A DNA stretch of 64,000 nt, from contig CM022665.1 in assembly GCA_012295275.1 (NCBI GenBank), forward strand, positions 18,786,001-18,850,000, given 5' to 3'. This document shows, piece by piece, positions 14,201 to 29,830 of this stretch. The DNA is from Chrysomallon squamiferum (lineage: Eukaryota; Animalia; Mollusca). Both the position numbers and the translations under genes were made by a program. Numbering within the stretch: position 1 is the first letter of the stretch; each line of letters opens with the position of its first letter. The notes beneath the pieces were generated by a model that did no database searches, had not been told where the DNA came from, and worked only from the letters and a program-made list of their open reading frames with translations.

Positions 14201-17200
14201 TGTCAAATATGCTTATTCTAAACAATATTACTCTGTATATACGCTAAAACAATTCACATGTTATACAGAACACAAAAACATACATGGCTGCACGCTTTAG
14301 AAGCTGTTTGGCGAATGTTCAGAAACTTGTTTGACAAAATCCTCACGACATTTCCATAAACAAATACAACCACATTTATTGGACATTTCTTGGATTAAAA
14401 CTGACATTCACCTTTGAAAGAGTTAAAACATTTCTTTTGTCCCCAGGGTCTCTGTAATCAGCTGCACTCACGTATACTCATACTTAACACTTAACGTTTA
14501 ATGCTTGTCGTCTCCCCACAGTTCCAGTTTCATTATTCACAGCCAGTGTAGCTGGAACCAATTTTAGATAAAAGCCGCGAGTCGTTCTATGGGGGTGCTT
14601 TGTCTTGAAACGGTTTAAACATTTATAAGCCTGGAATTAACTATTAGCATGCAGAAGCAGTTTTTAGAAAGTTTGTGAATAGAGCATAATTGCACTGACA
14701 TGAAATAAAATGGAGTGAGAGACAAACAATAGTTAAAGAGAACAAAAGTGATGGAACCGACAACGCAACAGACCGATCATAACGTTACAGAAGAGTATTG
14801 ACAAAATAAAAAAAAAGGCACACAAGTATAATTACAGTAGACTCAACAAAGCGATGAGAAAATAAAGAACTAGTCAGTTCAAAAGAGCAGACATCAATAC
14901 ACCGCATCAAACAGAATAAAATTTACTTTCATTCTGTTTGTTTAAAGTTAAGTTTAATAACTGAATACTCCATTTTACCTAATAATTTGGTTTCTTTCCT
15001 TTTCTATTTTATTTTTTTATTTTTATTTTTTTTTTTTTATGATGACGGTGGACTGTTATTTGTTATTGATTTATTTTTATAAATTCTATTATAATTATCC
15101 TTTTCATTTTTTCATTTACCTATTTATTAATTTAATCGATTAGTAAATTTAAATTTATTCTGTTACATATTTATCTTTATGTACTCCACTTCTTACGCAG
15201 GAGGATAATCGGAAATAAATCGAGTATTTATTTTACCACTAAGGTTGATGACAGAATGTGTAATAATAACGTTAGAAATTTATTCCTTTGTCTTATTATA
15301 TTTGATCATATTTGTCACTTAGTAGCTGACGATGTATGTTTCAACACTGCCATCGTACCTAGTAAACTCAGCACGTTATCTTGATAATCATTATGGCGCT
15401 GGTTCGGGCGTTAGTCGTTTTCTCTTCTGAACGCTGTGAACGTTCATGCACTCGTTGTTTTCCTCTTTCTCACATAAGCAAGCCAAGGTCATTTCAGGAT
15501 ATACTAAATATGATTTACCGTATATAAAAATAAATAAATAAAAAATAATAAAAATTCATAACATCATTTGCCTATATAAAAGAAATACAAAAATGAAAGA
15601 ATTAAAGAAAGAAAGAAAGAAAGAAAAAAGGAAAAAGATAAAGGAAGAAAGAAATGCTAGCAGCATGACTGCAGTATAATTTGTTGTTTATAAAGAACAG
15701 GTGGTGTTCTTGTGTGCTTTTGAAGTATACAATAAACGTGATATAAAATGATATGCCGAGCAGGTGCATATGCAAATGTCGATAATTTTTTTAAAATTTT
15801 TTTTAATTTTTATTTTTTTATTAAAATACAATGTATTATCTTTTTTTAAAATTATTATTATTATTATTTTTTTTTTTATAAAGACTTTGCGATTTGTATC
15901 CCATAGCTTAAAGAAACTGAAAAACTGAAAACATACTGAAAATGTTGACGAGAATAACAACTAGCTGATAATCTTTTTTCATACGCTGAATGGTTGGATA
16001 AACCTTTAAAGATATCTCAATATATTTTATATTAACATTAATAGTCTGTCTGTTATCCGTTTTTCTATATGTTACTGATATCAGAAAGGAAATGTGTTCT
16101 TAGCTCTGTTCTTAGAAATCAGCAGCAAAAAGACCGTTGTATATGCCTTCCCAAACACAGCAAAGTACGTGCTATTATTACTGATGGGGCACAGACTTAG
16201 ATTGGAAATAACCTTCAGAGGATATATATTTTTACACTGATACTATTAAGACATGTTACAGAAAGGAAGTATAATGCAGGATGATTGTGTAGCTGCATGA
16301 AATTATTTCTGAAACAGCTGTAGAGATGGTTATGAATACGGAAACATATTAATCTGTGTATTCTAGTTTGATCAATCCACACACGCTCTACATAATAACC
16401 TATTACAGTCTGAACAATGTGTCATCAGCTTCTGATGATTTCATGATCAGAGGCGTCATATTACAAACTTTTCCAATCGTTACCTTCATAACACTAGACC
16501 AGACATAGAAGAAAGAAAAAAAAAAAAAAAAAAGCAGTGATTTCATAAAACACGTCAGTAAACTTATATTAAAATGTAATCTAAAGTCATCGAGTACGCT
16601 CAGGTCAAGATGAAACGTGCAGATCTGGATGCACTCAGATGCAAGAGTAATAGTTTAACAGATCAAGCTCTTGGTCCAAACATTCTATAAGAAAGTGTGT
16701 AGATCAGAGAACGTGTGTTTGCAGTTGTTTCCGTGTACCAGATGAGACTAGTCTAGAAGTTACAACCTTACCAAAAGCCTGACTGAACTGATGTAATTTG
16801 TTTCCTCTCAGATTTTGTATTTGCATTTACCGTGACAGATCGTTAAAAAGTAAAACATGACAATGCACACGATTCACTTATTGGCGCACTTTGATCGTTG
16901 AAAAGTTCTCTTTGTTTTTTTTAAATTTTGTTCCGCAGTAATGATTATTGCCAAACGATTTTGTATGCACGCTAAATATTACATGCATGCTAATGATTAA
17001 TTTAGAAATACAGAAATACAAGTAGATTAAGAGAGATCTGAATACGTTTTTAAAAATGATTTTCAACTTACTGCCCTTTGAGCATCCACAAAACACTTAA
17101 AATACAATAAAATATAATAAAATAAAGAAAAATAATATAAAAGGAAATATAAAATAAACCACAATAAAATAAAACAAAATAAAATAAAATTTAAAAAATA

Positions 17201-18313
17201 ATTGAAAATGAAAATATAAATATAAAATATAATATAAAAATAATAAAATTAAATAAAAATAAGTAAAATGTAATAAAATCTAAAATGAGATAAAATAAAA
17301 TAAATATAAAATATTCAAAAAAGTAAATGAAAATACAATAAAACTTAAGCAACTGGTCATAAATATACATACTATCATTAATATAAGCACCTAAACCCCT
17401 GTATTGCTTGATTAACTAGACTGTTTAATACAGTATTAGTGGATTAATAGGTGCGAAGAGATATTCATTGGTATTTTAATATTACAATATAACAATTTTA
17501 TCATTTTTATTAATTTTAATACCGCAATCTGAAACATTTAGTTTAAATTTCACAGTTACAGTTATTATGCAATCACATAAAGACAAGATGCACATCAGAT
17601 AATGTAAGGTAACGTATTAATGAGGGTGTGGGTATGACTCATCCACCCATGCCAGCCATACCCAGCACATATCTGTGAATAATGGATGTAATCCAATGCT
17701 TCGGACGCAAATGAATTAGTCAACCATATTTTTTTTCCGCTAAATTCGGAGATTTTTGAAATAATCCGTACTCATAGACACACGTTTATACACAAACACA
17801 TATGGATAGGTAGATAGAGACAGAGAGATCGGTATGAGTGTGTGTATACTAATATAGATGTACGTATAATTATAAATATGTAATTATATCATTACTCTAA
17901 TGGGTATTGATGTTTTAGTTTACTGTGGACGTTAATTCTTGCTAATGCGGATATGAACAATAATAACCTTATGATCTGTTGATAAATAAGTTTCTTCAGA
18001 AAATCTTAATTATATTTGCCTTAAGGGCGTGTTTCTTTTGTCAACAAGCAGGTAATTACGTAGCAAAGTTGCAAGTCTTTGTTTCAGCAAGAAAAGGAAT
18101 GGTGGACAGAACGCACGGATCTGACGTGTGAATGTTGTAAGCGCATAGTTCAGAATTTGCATCCATTAAGAATAATTATGAGCCGCTACAGAGTATCAGC
18201 TTTCCTGAACGTAAATTAGGGTTCTTACAAAATAAATAACAGTGTGATTTGATAGGATCGAAAATATCATGATATATGTATATGTCATTTAGGTCGCTCG
18301 CGCGCACCTGTGT

Positions 18314-18317
<4 letters not shown>

Positions 18318-18378
<61 letters not shown>
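18318..18378. repeat. (GT)n microsatellite
   Basis: Directly visible. Confidence 0.97.
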
Positions 18379-18380
<2 letters not shown>

Positions 18381-21300
18381 ACCTGCGTGCCTGTGCGTGT
18401 ATTTGTATAAGACACAAAATAAAAATAATGTATTTATGGATAGACACTGAGTGTCTGAAACTATAGACCGAAAGAGATAAAAAAAAAAAAAAAAAAAAAA
18501 CAGAGACGAATAGTCACTCCGAAAGAAAGAGAGTTATACAGATATATTTTATTTTTCCTTACTGTGTTTCATGTAGGAATTACACAGTTCTTCAAACAAT
18601 TAGAACAGAAAACACAGAGAAATAACCTCATATTTTAATCACGGTATTCTATCAGTATTTTTGCAGAATGTGCTGGCATTGGAATAGGTTACGTTCCACC
18701 TTCGATGTTACAAATAAGCATAAAGATGTATTTTACTAGACAGAAACGAGCATTCAGTTCATTTGTACCTGTGTGTGCGTTTACTGCACATTACACTCAG
18801 GTGACACGATAAACAAGACAATTAATGCAATTCACTGTTATTTGTTAGCAGAAATCCGATTATGACTGTCAATAGAAGACTAACAAAACATAATAGTTTA
18901 CTTTCTCATAACTGTTATTACATATGACGTCAACGAACGTATTCATCGGACACTTCCATCAAATTCAATAGGTTTTGTTTTATATATATGTATATATATC
19001 GTTTTGTTTTCACAATCTCCGGGATAATGACAAGGCGATATAGCAGTATTATCCCCTGAGACTCATATGTGAATAGAGAACGTATTTTTTTTAATAATTA
19101 AATAATGCTGTTATAAAAACAAACTAACTGCATCATGTGGATTTCCTGATTAGCTGCAACAGCTGTATGAATAGCACATTCACACAAACACACAAAAACC
19201 ACACACAACCACTCATTTTCAGTTATTCGTACATGCATGCACTTACATTCAAACCTACCTAAATATATACATAGCACACATACATATTTATATTTATCTA
19301 CAAACATTAATCTTATTACATTAAATAAACAGACTAACAATATATATATACACACACACACTCATATATATACACACACGCACAAACACACATATATATC
19401 GACACACATACGTACATACATACCTATATATAATTACTACTACTGTTATTCTTATTATTATTATTACTATTATTATTACTATTACTAGTACTATTACTAC
19501 TGCCACCAAAATTATTATTATTACTGCTATTGTTATGTGACTGTTATTATGACACTAGCTTATTAAATTTTAATAAGTGCTAAACCAATTAAACACGCCT
19601 GCTACTGAAATGATTACTGGAACTCTGAAAACAAAAGCACCGTTCTCTACCAAAACTTATGATGTTGGTGTGTAAATATCACCCTGCAGGTGATTTACAA
19701 GTGTACAAAGCACCTCAGAAGCTTTTAATTCTTGCTTTTCACTGAAACTGAGCCATTTCCCCAGGTATGAAAAGAAACACGGCTGTAGAAGAATAATAAA
19801 CAGTGTATACCTGGTGTGTTTTCCAGGCCACGCCAGGCGGGTATAAGTAGTGTGTGGGAACAGGTAAACGACATAGTCCGTTATACTGAGAAGGCCCGTG
19901 CATGTACTAATCATAATACAAGCACCTGTGGATGACAGCGAAGTTAAACAGCCAACTGACGAAGTGTTTGCCATGCTTCTGATTTTTCTAAATATTCTTA
20001 ATCTGACAATAATAAACCGCATAATCATTGAAGTATATTACAAGACTTCTTACTCAGTCCTAAAATATCACTCCTATTTACAGCGGGTAAGAAAGAAAAA
20101 GTAATCCAAAAGGGAGGTCACGGTAACGTTGATTTCAGTTTTATGTTTGGATGGAACAGTTTTATCTTAGATTTTATACCTTCTTCTTCTTTTGTTTATT
20201 TAGTAAACAATAGCTTAAAGCACACATTGTCCATTCTAATTTCTCTTGTATTTGTTCTATATATTTTCAAAGAAACTGATTCTGAAATAACTGCGAAATG
20301 CGTCTGTGAACTAAAGTAATGTTTATCGAACGAGAGTAGGGTTTTAATCACTGCCACCTTCGGTTTTTCTTCTCTTTTTTTTTTTACAAGACATATACTT
20401 TTACTTATGAAGAATTGTTTGTGTTATTCAAGTGGTTATCAGAAAATTACAGGCGTTAACACGACACAGTGGTTTGATTTACTTTATTTAATACATTTTT
20501 TATTAGAAATATTACACTAAAACAAAAATATAGCTTTATTTATTTTTATTTTTTAAATACCTTAACTTATTCGGGTATTTACCTGTTATATAAATGGTTA
20601 CAAATCACATTCCAGTCTAAATGAAACACATTTCTTGAAAGTAAATAATTATTATATAATAATTTAACGAATTCTTTGAAGTCAAATATTTATGAAACAT
20701 ACTTTTTCACCCCTTTCTTCCTTTTATTAAAAACCATATACATCATTCAAGAATAAACTCGATAATTGCACCATGCTACGAAGTTGCATAACATCACCCT
20801 TTTATTTAGAGTACGCTGGTTTCAGATTGAACTTTCTACACTTTCTCACAATATTTTTTTTTTTTTGGTTTAGAAATGCTTTTTTTGTGAAAGTTTCACA
20901 ACAGCACAGCTATAAACATCAAATACTAGCCAGAGATTTATACCTTGGGAACTTCTGAAAACGGTGGTGTTATAAAGACTAACGAGAAAGAAAAAATCGG
21001 TATTAAAACATGAAAGCGACAACGGTGAAGGATTTTTCACCCTAACACACCACCACTCCTAACCATTGCATTTGCCACGTAGCCTGGCATTTTGAAACCT
21101 TCACTCCTCATCGCGTTTCCTGCAACAAAAAAAAAAAACAACCAAATATTTACTGTGATCAGAACTGCAGCTTTAGCAGTGCATGTGGTGTGCATACGAC
21201 TTCTGAAGACTTTCCATCTGCGGCTTAAAACACCTGTATACACTGTTCCATTACGCCGTCTGCTATGTGCATACATGTACAAGTACCATGTGTTTCAGAT

Positions 21301-21803
21301 TGGTGGAGTAAATGGACAGAGTTTTAGTACCAGTCAAACTGGCTGGCTGCTCGGATTCTGCACACAAATTTCTCTTTTCTGTCTGCTCTGACCGGAAATT
21401 ATTCACATTGTACGGCCGTAAAATACAAATTTGGCATATCGTAAACGTAAAACGGTTTGAAAATAGCCATCACAAAACTGTTCTTTAAATCTATTATTGT
21501 TATTACTGACAGTCCGATAGGTTTTTAGAAGTTGTTTTGGAGCGAATGTTCCAAGGTGATTCTGGTCATCAGTTACGAACACTTTTCTGAATTCAGACAT
21601 TTTGTCCAAATTATCACATCAGAAGAATATATTTAATACTAATCTGAACTGTATATATATATATATATATATGCACGTACGTATTTCTGGTTTTTGGTAT
21701 ATGTTTATGTGTGCACCCATGTCTGACTCATTGTGGATAAGTATATGTGAAGGTCTCCTAATAGACATATCCTACATTTGACACTTCTCTTTACATGAAA
21801 CCC

Positions 21804-21835
<32 letters not shown>

Positions 21836-22261
21836 GAAAAAGAAAAGTTGATGTTCTATTGTAATGAGATATAGATTTTCTCGAATATAAGCTAATGTAA
21901 TGAATGTATTTTTTCAGTCTAGACTTACGATGTTCATTTGCTACGAGTTTCCTTTTCTGATACATAAAAAAGCTCTACAAATGTATTTGCTTTCAAGTAA
22001 TCTGTCAGTACAGTGAATGCTAGATCAAACAAAAACGTACTTCCCACAGACTTCTCAGCATAATGAAAACGTTGATGAAGAAAAGCAGTTATATTGTTTA
22101 AAACTAAGAACATGTGAAGATCAAAGCTATGAAGAAAACATCGTTGTGCATGTGGAAATAAATCTAGTTCTTCACTTTTTAATATAAACATGTCAGCAAA
22201 ATGTAAAACTTAACGACAGATTTGGTATTGAAAACAAAATAAAAAATAAAATAAAATAAAA

Positions 22262-22304
<43 letters not shown>

Positions 22305-22363
22305 AATAAACATAATATGCCGTTATTGTGGTCCAGGTAACTTAAAATTAAATGGTTTTTACC

Positions 22364-22403
<40 letters not shown>

Positions 22404-23676
22404 CATTTGTTTCAAGTTTAAAGTCACTTATTCTAATCTTATCATGGTGAATTATCGAAATATGAAATCCCATGTTATGTATTTTTTGAGCGTCTAAATA
22501 TGAATGTACTTTAATGATATGTAAGGATGCCCAAGTTTACTTAGAAGATGATAAACAAATATACTACTATTACCACTATTGCTGCTACTACTACTAGTAT
22601 TACTACTTATATTATTATTAGTATTACTTCTACTGCTACTGTTACTTATGCTACTGTCAAAATTAAGATGTTTACCTACTTCTGTTAAAACGTCAGTCGA
22701 ACGACCACTCCTAATACGATAGCTGTTGAAGATATTGTGTTATGTATGCATGTATTATGTGTGCAAGCGTTCATGTATTATTAACTAAACGAATACAATA
22801 ACGGGCTTCGAATTTCCAATCGGTGTTGTGTTTGAATTCTAAACCTACAATAATATAGTGACAAAGTCTCTAGTATCAGTTTCCATCCATATTTTCATTT
22901 AATGGTTACTACATTTGACAGCACAAAATAATATTATTATAGTATTCTGATTAGAGATATTTATAACTGAAAACGTATTTAATCTAATGCGACTTCTTTT
23001 GAAGATCTACTTTAATAACCGAGCGCCATTTTTCATTAGGAAAATTATACCTTTGATCTGACAAATTGTAATGAATTCGTAATGACAGGGTGAGAAATAA
23101 ACAAACTGCACATTAATCTTAAAGTAACGAAACACCACGAGACATTCATAATTAAATTGCTTTTTTTAATAAATACTAATGATATTCAGTTGTTTCTGAT
23201 TTTTGCGTGTATCAAATGCAGTCATCTTGTTTGTTTCGTTTCGTTACGATTTCGATCACAATTTTGTAATCGTCCAATAACACTTTCAATGTAAAAAAAT
23301 GTTATCGCCGTTGTACAGTCTTCTGATTTGTTCTGAAGTTTACCTATATCGAATATATCCATCGTTTTCATTCGTTTTGTTTATTCTCCATGTACATGAT
23401 TTTGTAATCGTCCTTTACGACCAGCGGCTTAGCTTGGAGTTTCTTCACCTGGGGCAAATACAGTTTTGGCGCCCTCACTTGCGTTACCTCTGAAACATTT
23501 TACAATGTATCTTTTGTGGTTTACTGTCCACTGAAATAATGTAGCAATTACCACTTTTCCCAGCATAGAAATATAGTTCCAATAGCACTGCGCCAAGAAA
23601 TGAGGGTGTTACATAAGATAGACAAGGCGTATTTTTATAATATTAACAGGCATTAAATAATAATAATAAACTAAAC

Positions 23677-23709
<33 letters not shown>

Positions 23710-23749
23710 AAAAAAATAGGTCTGCCGAAAATTAGCGTCTCTTTACTCG

Positions 23750-23811
23750 CGCCCTTAAGCTGCTATCCCGCCCTTAAGCTGCTATCCCGCCCTTAAGCTG
23801 TTATCCCGCCC
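23750..23811. repeat. 19-bp tandem repeat, about 3.3 copies (CGCCCTTAAGCTGCTATCC)
   Basis: Units at 23750, 23769 and 23788. Confidence 0.9.
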
Positions 23812-25654
23812 CCCAACCTTGCTACACCTCTGGTGTGTATCGTCCTGCTTCTTGTAAATATCAAATGAATAAATCTGAATAATTGCTTTTGAAAATCAAA
23901 ATTTTGGCCTAAGACTTTTCCATATTAGATTTTGTAGTTGTTCATTACGACTTTCAATGAATATTATTATCGCCCTATTTCTTGTAAATATCAAATGGTA
24001 AAGTTAGGCGATTTCTAGCAAATTAAAACTGGACTGCATTGCGAAAATGTCTGATTTGTAACGATTTCATTTATTCAGTTCAAGACGGACAAACTGAAAT
24101 AATTTCTCCACTTAGTAACTAGCTACATTTTGTTAAAATAAATTGGTTCGTGTAATTTGGACTTGCGACTCATTTTCTCTTTGCCAGTGAAATAGTTAAT
24201 CGTGATAGATACACTGAATTATTTAATAATTTGAAAACTCATTTCCAAACATTTGTTGTTTTTCAATAAACTCATGTAGGTATTAGACAGTGCCAAATTA
24301 TAAATTTTTTTTTGCTTTCATACCTTATTTTCACAGAGAGTGGATAAATTCTGCATAAACTTAGAATCTGAATAAGTGAAATGATTTTACGTACTCACTC
24401 AAATTTTATTTGGAATGTCTAAATTCTTCCTACGAAAAGGCGTAAAAATAAAAAGAAAATCTGAACCTCCATGCATCATCAACTGCTTATTATTTAGTTC
24501 CTATTCTTTATACGAACAAAGATTGATTGCAAATAACAAAATAAAATCAAACAAAACCTGAAAGTACATACCACTAAAGATATTCAGATTAGACATATCT
24601 GTATACCAAGCATATATCTATGATATTTTCTCTCGTCTACCAAATTCTTTAATCATGGTTTTATTACTATTTTCTTAAACCACAGACAAAAAGAGTCTGT
24701 GGAACTGATAACAATGATGTCACTATGCGTATCTGCAGAACAAGGAATGGGAGGCGAGTATTTTCATGATACATATAACCTTAAAAATAAAATCGGCTTC
24801 ATCTTAAAGAATAAGGAAAACAGGACTCGAAACATCCCACTTAGATCCACATATGACGTCATTTATTGTTTGATCGATTTTATATTCACTAAAAATCTTC
24901 CGTGGAACATTAAGCAATCATGACAATATAGCTATGTTTAACAACCGTTAACAAAATTATCTTACTCATTTCTTCTGGAAATATGTTGATTAACGACAAA
25001 ATTGGCAAATAATAAGTTCTTCTTTGAAAGTTATCACACTGAGTGAAAAGAGTTCCACACTGCTGGTAACCGTGTTAGTCACAATTACAAGAACAGATCG
25101 GTTTCAAAGTGCAATACATTCACATTATAGGAATGTGTTTTCTATATATGTAGATTTATAAATAATTATACATACACAAGCAGGTACACACCTAACTAAT
25201 ACTAGTACACACACACATACACACACATATATATAAAACATGTAGCGCGCACACACACATACACACACGCATTTGTTCATTTATTTGTTGTTGTTGTTGT
25301 TGCGCTATTTTTAATATATGCTATCTGATAAACAAACAAACAAAAATAAAATATGTTTAAAAAGAAAGAAAAAAATAAAACACTCGTTTTACACAACTGA
25401 GATTCTCACAATATTTCTTTTAACAGTATCTGCCAGTTACAAAACTTTTCGTGCCAATTTATTTTTTCTTTCTCTGTTAGTGCCAAACAGATTTATTTTC
25501 TTGTTTTCATTACATTTTTTCTTTTGTTTTGATTTGTGTTCACTTTAAATAAGGAGCGAAATGATAAAAACTGAAAGCGATCAATTAAAGATTTATATAT
25601 TGATAATCTTCCAGAAATATATCCGCTGCCATTTTAATCATAAACCCTGACTGT

Positions 25655-25965
25655 TTGTGCGTGTGTGTGTGTGTGTGAGACTGTATATTCTTGTGTTGTT
25701 TGTGTGTGAATGTGTGTATGTGTGTGAATGTATGTGTAAGTGTATGTAAGAGTATGTGTGTGTGTGTGTGTATGTGTGTGTGTGAGACTGTGTATGCTTG
25801 TGTGTGTATGTGTAAGTGTATGTAAGAGTATGTGTGTGCGAGTGTGTGTATGTGTGTGTGTGAGACTGTGTATGCTTGTGTGTGTATGTGTAAGTGTATG
25901 TAAGAGTATGTGTGTGCGAGTGTGTGTATGTCTGTAAGTGTGTGTGTGTGTGTGTGTGAGAGTGT
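25655..25965. repeat. TG-rich compound repeat with a 78-bp higher-order unit
   Basis: The block GTGTGAGACTGTGTATGCTTGTGTGTGTATGTGTAAGTGTATGTAAGAGTATG recurs, seen as a 26-aa period in the minus-strand ORF. Confidence 0.85.
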
Positions 25966-26265
25966 CTGTTACCCAAAGTAATCCAAATTTGTTATTATCA
26001 TTAACCGTTTACATAAACCATTTTACTTTCCACAATAAATATGTATGAAAAAAAAGAATAATAAAAAAATAAATAAATCAAAATACGAATCTGAACAGCA
26101 TTCTGGTCGATTTTTTTCTCACATCACCCAACCTTTTTTCAGTTGTCCACAAAATCGTATATAAACGGTCTTTTGATGAATCCCTGTAACAATACATGTT
26201 TGTCATAAGCAAAATTCTATCTATGGCAAAAGTTACAGATAATATTTTTAATATACATATATATA

Positions 26266-26303
<38 letters not shown>

Positions 26304-27413
26304 AGTTTAATTGTAAAAACAAAAACATAAAAATCAGCATTAGGACATAATTTGTAAAATGATTAGCATCTGGATTTCGCAAGGTTCATAACCTCCAGAT
26401 TATGAAGAGTTGTCCTTTAATAGACAAGATAAAATTTTATCCAGTAAAATCCTGGCCTTATCCGCGCATTTCGGGCTGATATAATTACTTTAATAATAAA
26501 TTTGTATCGTTCTAGCCTTTGTCCAATAAATGATTTATCAAATTCTGTGGTACGTGTTTTTTTTTCCTTTTCTTCAGCATAGTGCATACAAGATCCTTTG
26601 CAATTAACAATGGTAGCCATTGTGTTGGTACTTTTTTCATATCGAATGATATAAAAACACACCATTCATACCTAATAACATATAATATTCGAACGTGTCA
26701 AGGTAATGTAAGACATTTTTGTTAATTAAAATCATGAACATTTGTAATGAGTCACATACATTTGTAAAAGCTCTGTTAAAATTCTCGAAGTATTTAAAAT
26801 ATACATTATATGCCTGCATATTATTATTCACTTATCATACATAAACGTATGCAAACAATTTACAGAGGCAATATATGTATGCACATACATTAAGTTAAAT
26901 GTGTATTCTTGTGTGCGCGCGCGAGTGCGTGCGTTTCTCTTTTGTAGTCAACCTCGATGACAATTTAGATCTGGATTATGTATAATTTCCATATTTTTTA
27001 TTTATTTATTTATGAATTTATTTATTATTGTTGTTATTATTTATATATATAATTTTTTTTTTTTTTCTGGGTGGGGTCTTGTTTGATATTTGTTACTATT
27101 CCAAGTGACGCATACTTACACTGCAGGCGAGAATTAAAATAGTAAGAAATAAATGCGCGCTCACACTATACAAGTTGTCTGAACTTGTTAAAAATACTTT
27201 TGGCGGACATAAAAATACTTTATTGTATTTATTCAATACAGTTTGCTATCACAACAGTTATTATTAAATTAACATAACGACAAAATGCTGATCGTTAATT
27301 TTTGGAAGCATTCTTTAAAATCTTCCATAAAATTTCATGACTTAAATAAAACGAAACGCAATTCCCTTTATTTAATAATTCTGTTCTAATTTTGAAATTC
27401 GTGACATGCCACC

Positions 27414-27450
<37 letters not shown>

Positions 27451-28984
27451 AGAAATATATAAACCAATGAACTCTGACTTGAATTACTTCTCCATGTTTT
27501 TTAAGTAGTGAATTTATGATTAAATTTTATTAAAGCAAAGGCAAACAGACAATCCTGTTTAAGAAATTCTCGAGAACATCGAGAAACATTTGAAATATAT
27601 AAATAGCTGAGTAAAACTTAGAACAATTACAAATTAACTAATAAACCTGTACAAAATTATACAAAGATGACGATGATGATCATTATTATAATAATTATCA
27701 TGGCCATAATCAACCCCATCATCAACATGAATAAACTTGTATCTCATTGATTTTTGGATTTAGGATTACAGAATGTCCACCTTGTAGAATATTCTAATCT
27801 CTGTAACAAATTTTTTGTCAAATGAGCTGAAAGTTTTTATGATTCTGAGATATGATTCATAGCACAGTTAAAATGTCATTTGGTGGGTAACGACCTAAAC
27901 AGTAAGAAAAAAAATAAAATAAAAAAATAAAAATAAAAATAATAAATAAAACAAAGAAAAATGAAAAATAAAAACCAAAACCCCAAAACAAAACACAATA
28001 ATAACAAAAACAACAACAACAAAAAAGGAAGAAAAAAGAAAAAACCCAACAACAGAAAACAACAGCAAATATTTAATATAAAAATGTTTGTTATTGTATG
28101 CTTTACAGAATAGTACAAAAACAATATTCAAAATTTGAACATTAATTCTGTCACAGTAAAACAGAATATGTAGATAATACGTGGCTTTCGTCTCGGTCGT
28201 CAGACTAACAGATGTTATACAATATGGATCCATGGTAAGTATTTTAACTAATCTTAACTTAACTGGTTTTGGAGTTAAATTTATTGGTATTTTGTGACAA
28301 ATTAGGTTTCATCAGTTTTTTAACAAGACTAAAAACGTGAAAAGTAAAGTCTTAGAACTGCAGAGATGGCAGGAGATGGAAAGAGGGGGGAAGATCAGCA
28401 ACAGAACAAATAAAAGATGGTCAAGAATAGTTAACAGATCCTAGCAATTTAAGATTTAATTTTTATATTTATTTATTTACTTATTATTTTTGTTCTATAC
28501 ATCTGCTTTTATAGTTGTTTTGTGTGTGTGTGTGTATAGATAGATAGACAGACACATAAATAGATAGATAGCTTTATAGAAAGTAGATAGACAGAGGTAA
28601 ACTATGTGCATTCACAAATAAAGATTAAATAATTCATAAAAGTCAAAATATAATTAATTCATGTTGGTCCCATTTCATTTATGATATGTCCCACATAATC
28701 TGGGGGTAATAATTTTTGTTTTGTTAATATGTTTGCTTTTTTTTTATTTATTTATTTATTATTGTTATTCTCATTATTAAGCAATAAAGGTGTCGGCTGA
28801 TGATAAAACTACGATGGCTTAGTCTTTTGTGATAGTGTGTACTATTAAAACAACAAAACGAAAATAAATTACATCAGCGATACTGCGTTATTTTATTATA
28901 TTAACGGATTTATTTTTTTAATGTATGTGTGTCTGTATAAACAAATAATAATAATAATATTAGTACTACTGCTATTACAACAAC

Positions 28985-29103
<119 letters not shown>

Positions 29104-29714
29104 GATAAATGAATAAATAAATAAAACAAACAGGGATTGTCAGACCTATATCGGAAGAAATCCGATAACAAAACACAGAGCTGAATAAAGAAACTTGCAT
29201 TAAAAACTTTGGTTTATCTCCATGGTCTCTGTGATACAGTCATTCTGATTTCTTTTTAAATTATTTAAAAATGGAAGATAAAATTCTTTTAAATGTAATT
29301 TCATTAAAATAAAACCTCAATTCATATTATGTTAGATTACGTTAAAACAATACAGGGCAATGAAACTTTCTTTCTGTTGGATTAAACTTAACTTTGGAAC
29401 ATTACTTTTACTACCATACGATGGAATCGCTTAACAGTTGGTATTATTACTAAAAAAATGTGTTGCTTACTGCTAATTATAATACAGTTATTATTACTTT
29501 TAAGATAATTTTTATTTGCTTGTTACTAATTATAATAATTGAAATTTCTGTGCACTACATTTGTTTCCCATTTGAAAGATAACGTGTTCAGAATAATTTA
29601 TAAAAAAACTAATAACCAATCAAAAGATAAATATTTAAATTTAAATATCTTAACTGTGTCTTGTGATAAAAGTCGTGACTATCACTTGTTCTCTTGCATT
29701 AATTTTAAAACCTG

Positions 29715-29830
29715 TCAACAGGTGCGCAAGATAGTTTTGTACGCATCTAAGGGAGATAATTCATAATTTCTGCTGTATTTTCACGGTCTAAGATGGCGGA
29801 CTCTGGGTGGAAAATTCTGTCAAATGTTAC
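29715..29830 (+). promoter_or_regulatory. Probable formin promoter/TSS region
   Basis: YY1 consensus AAGATGGCGG at 29790-29799 in a local CpG cluster, immediately before the switch to CpG-depleted DNA. The acceptor at 33020 requires an upstream non-coding exon, whose donor I could not define. Confidence 0.55.

Noticed and set aside
23299-23493. Coding exon on either strand
   Set aside because: Stops occur in the plausible frames and there is no recognisable protein; the GC-rich part looks repeat-derived.
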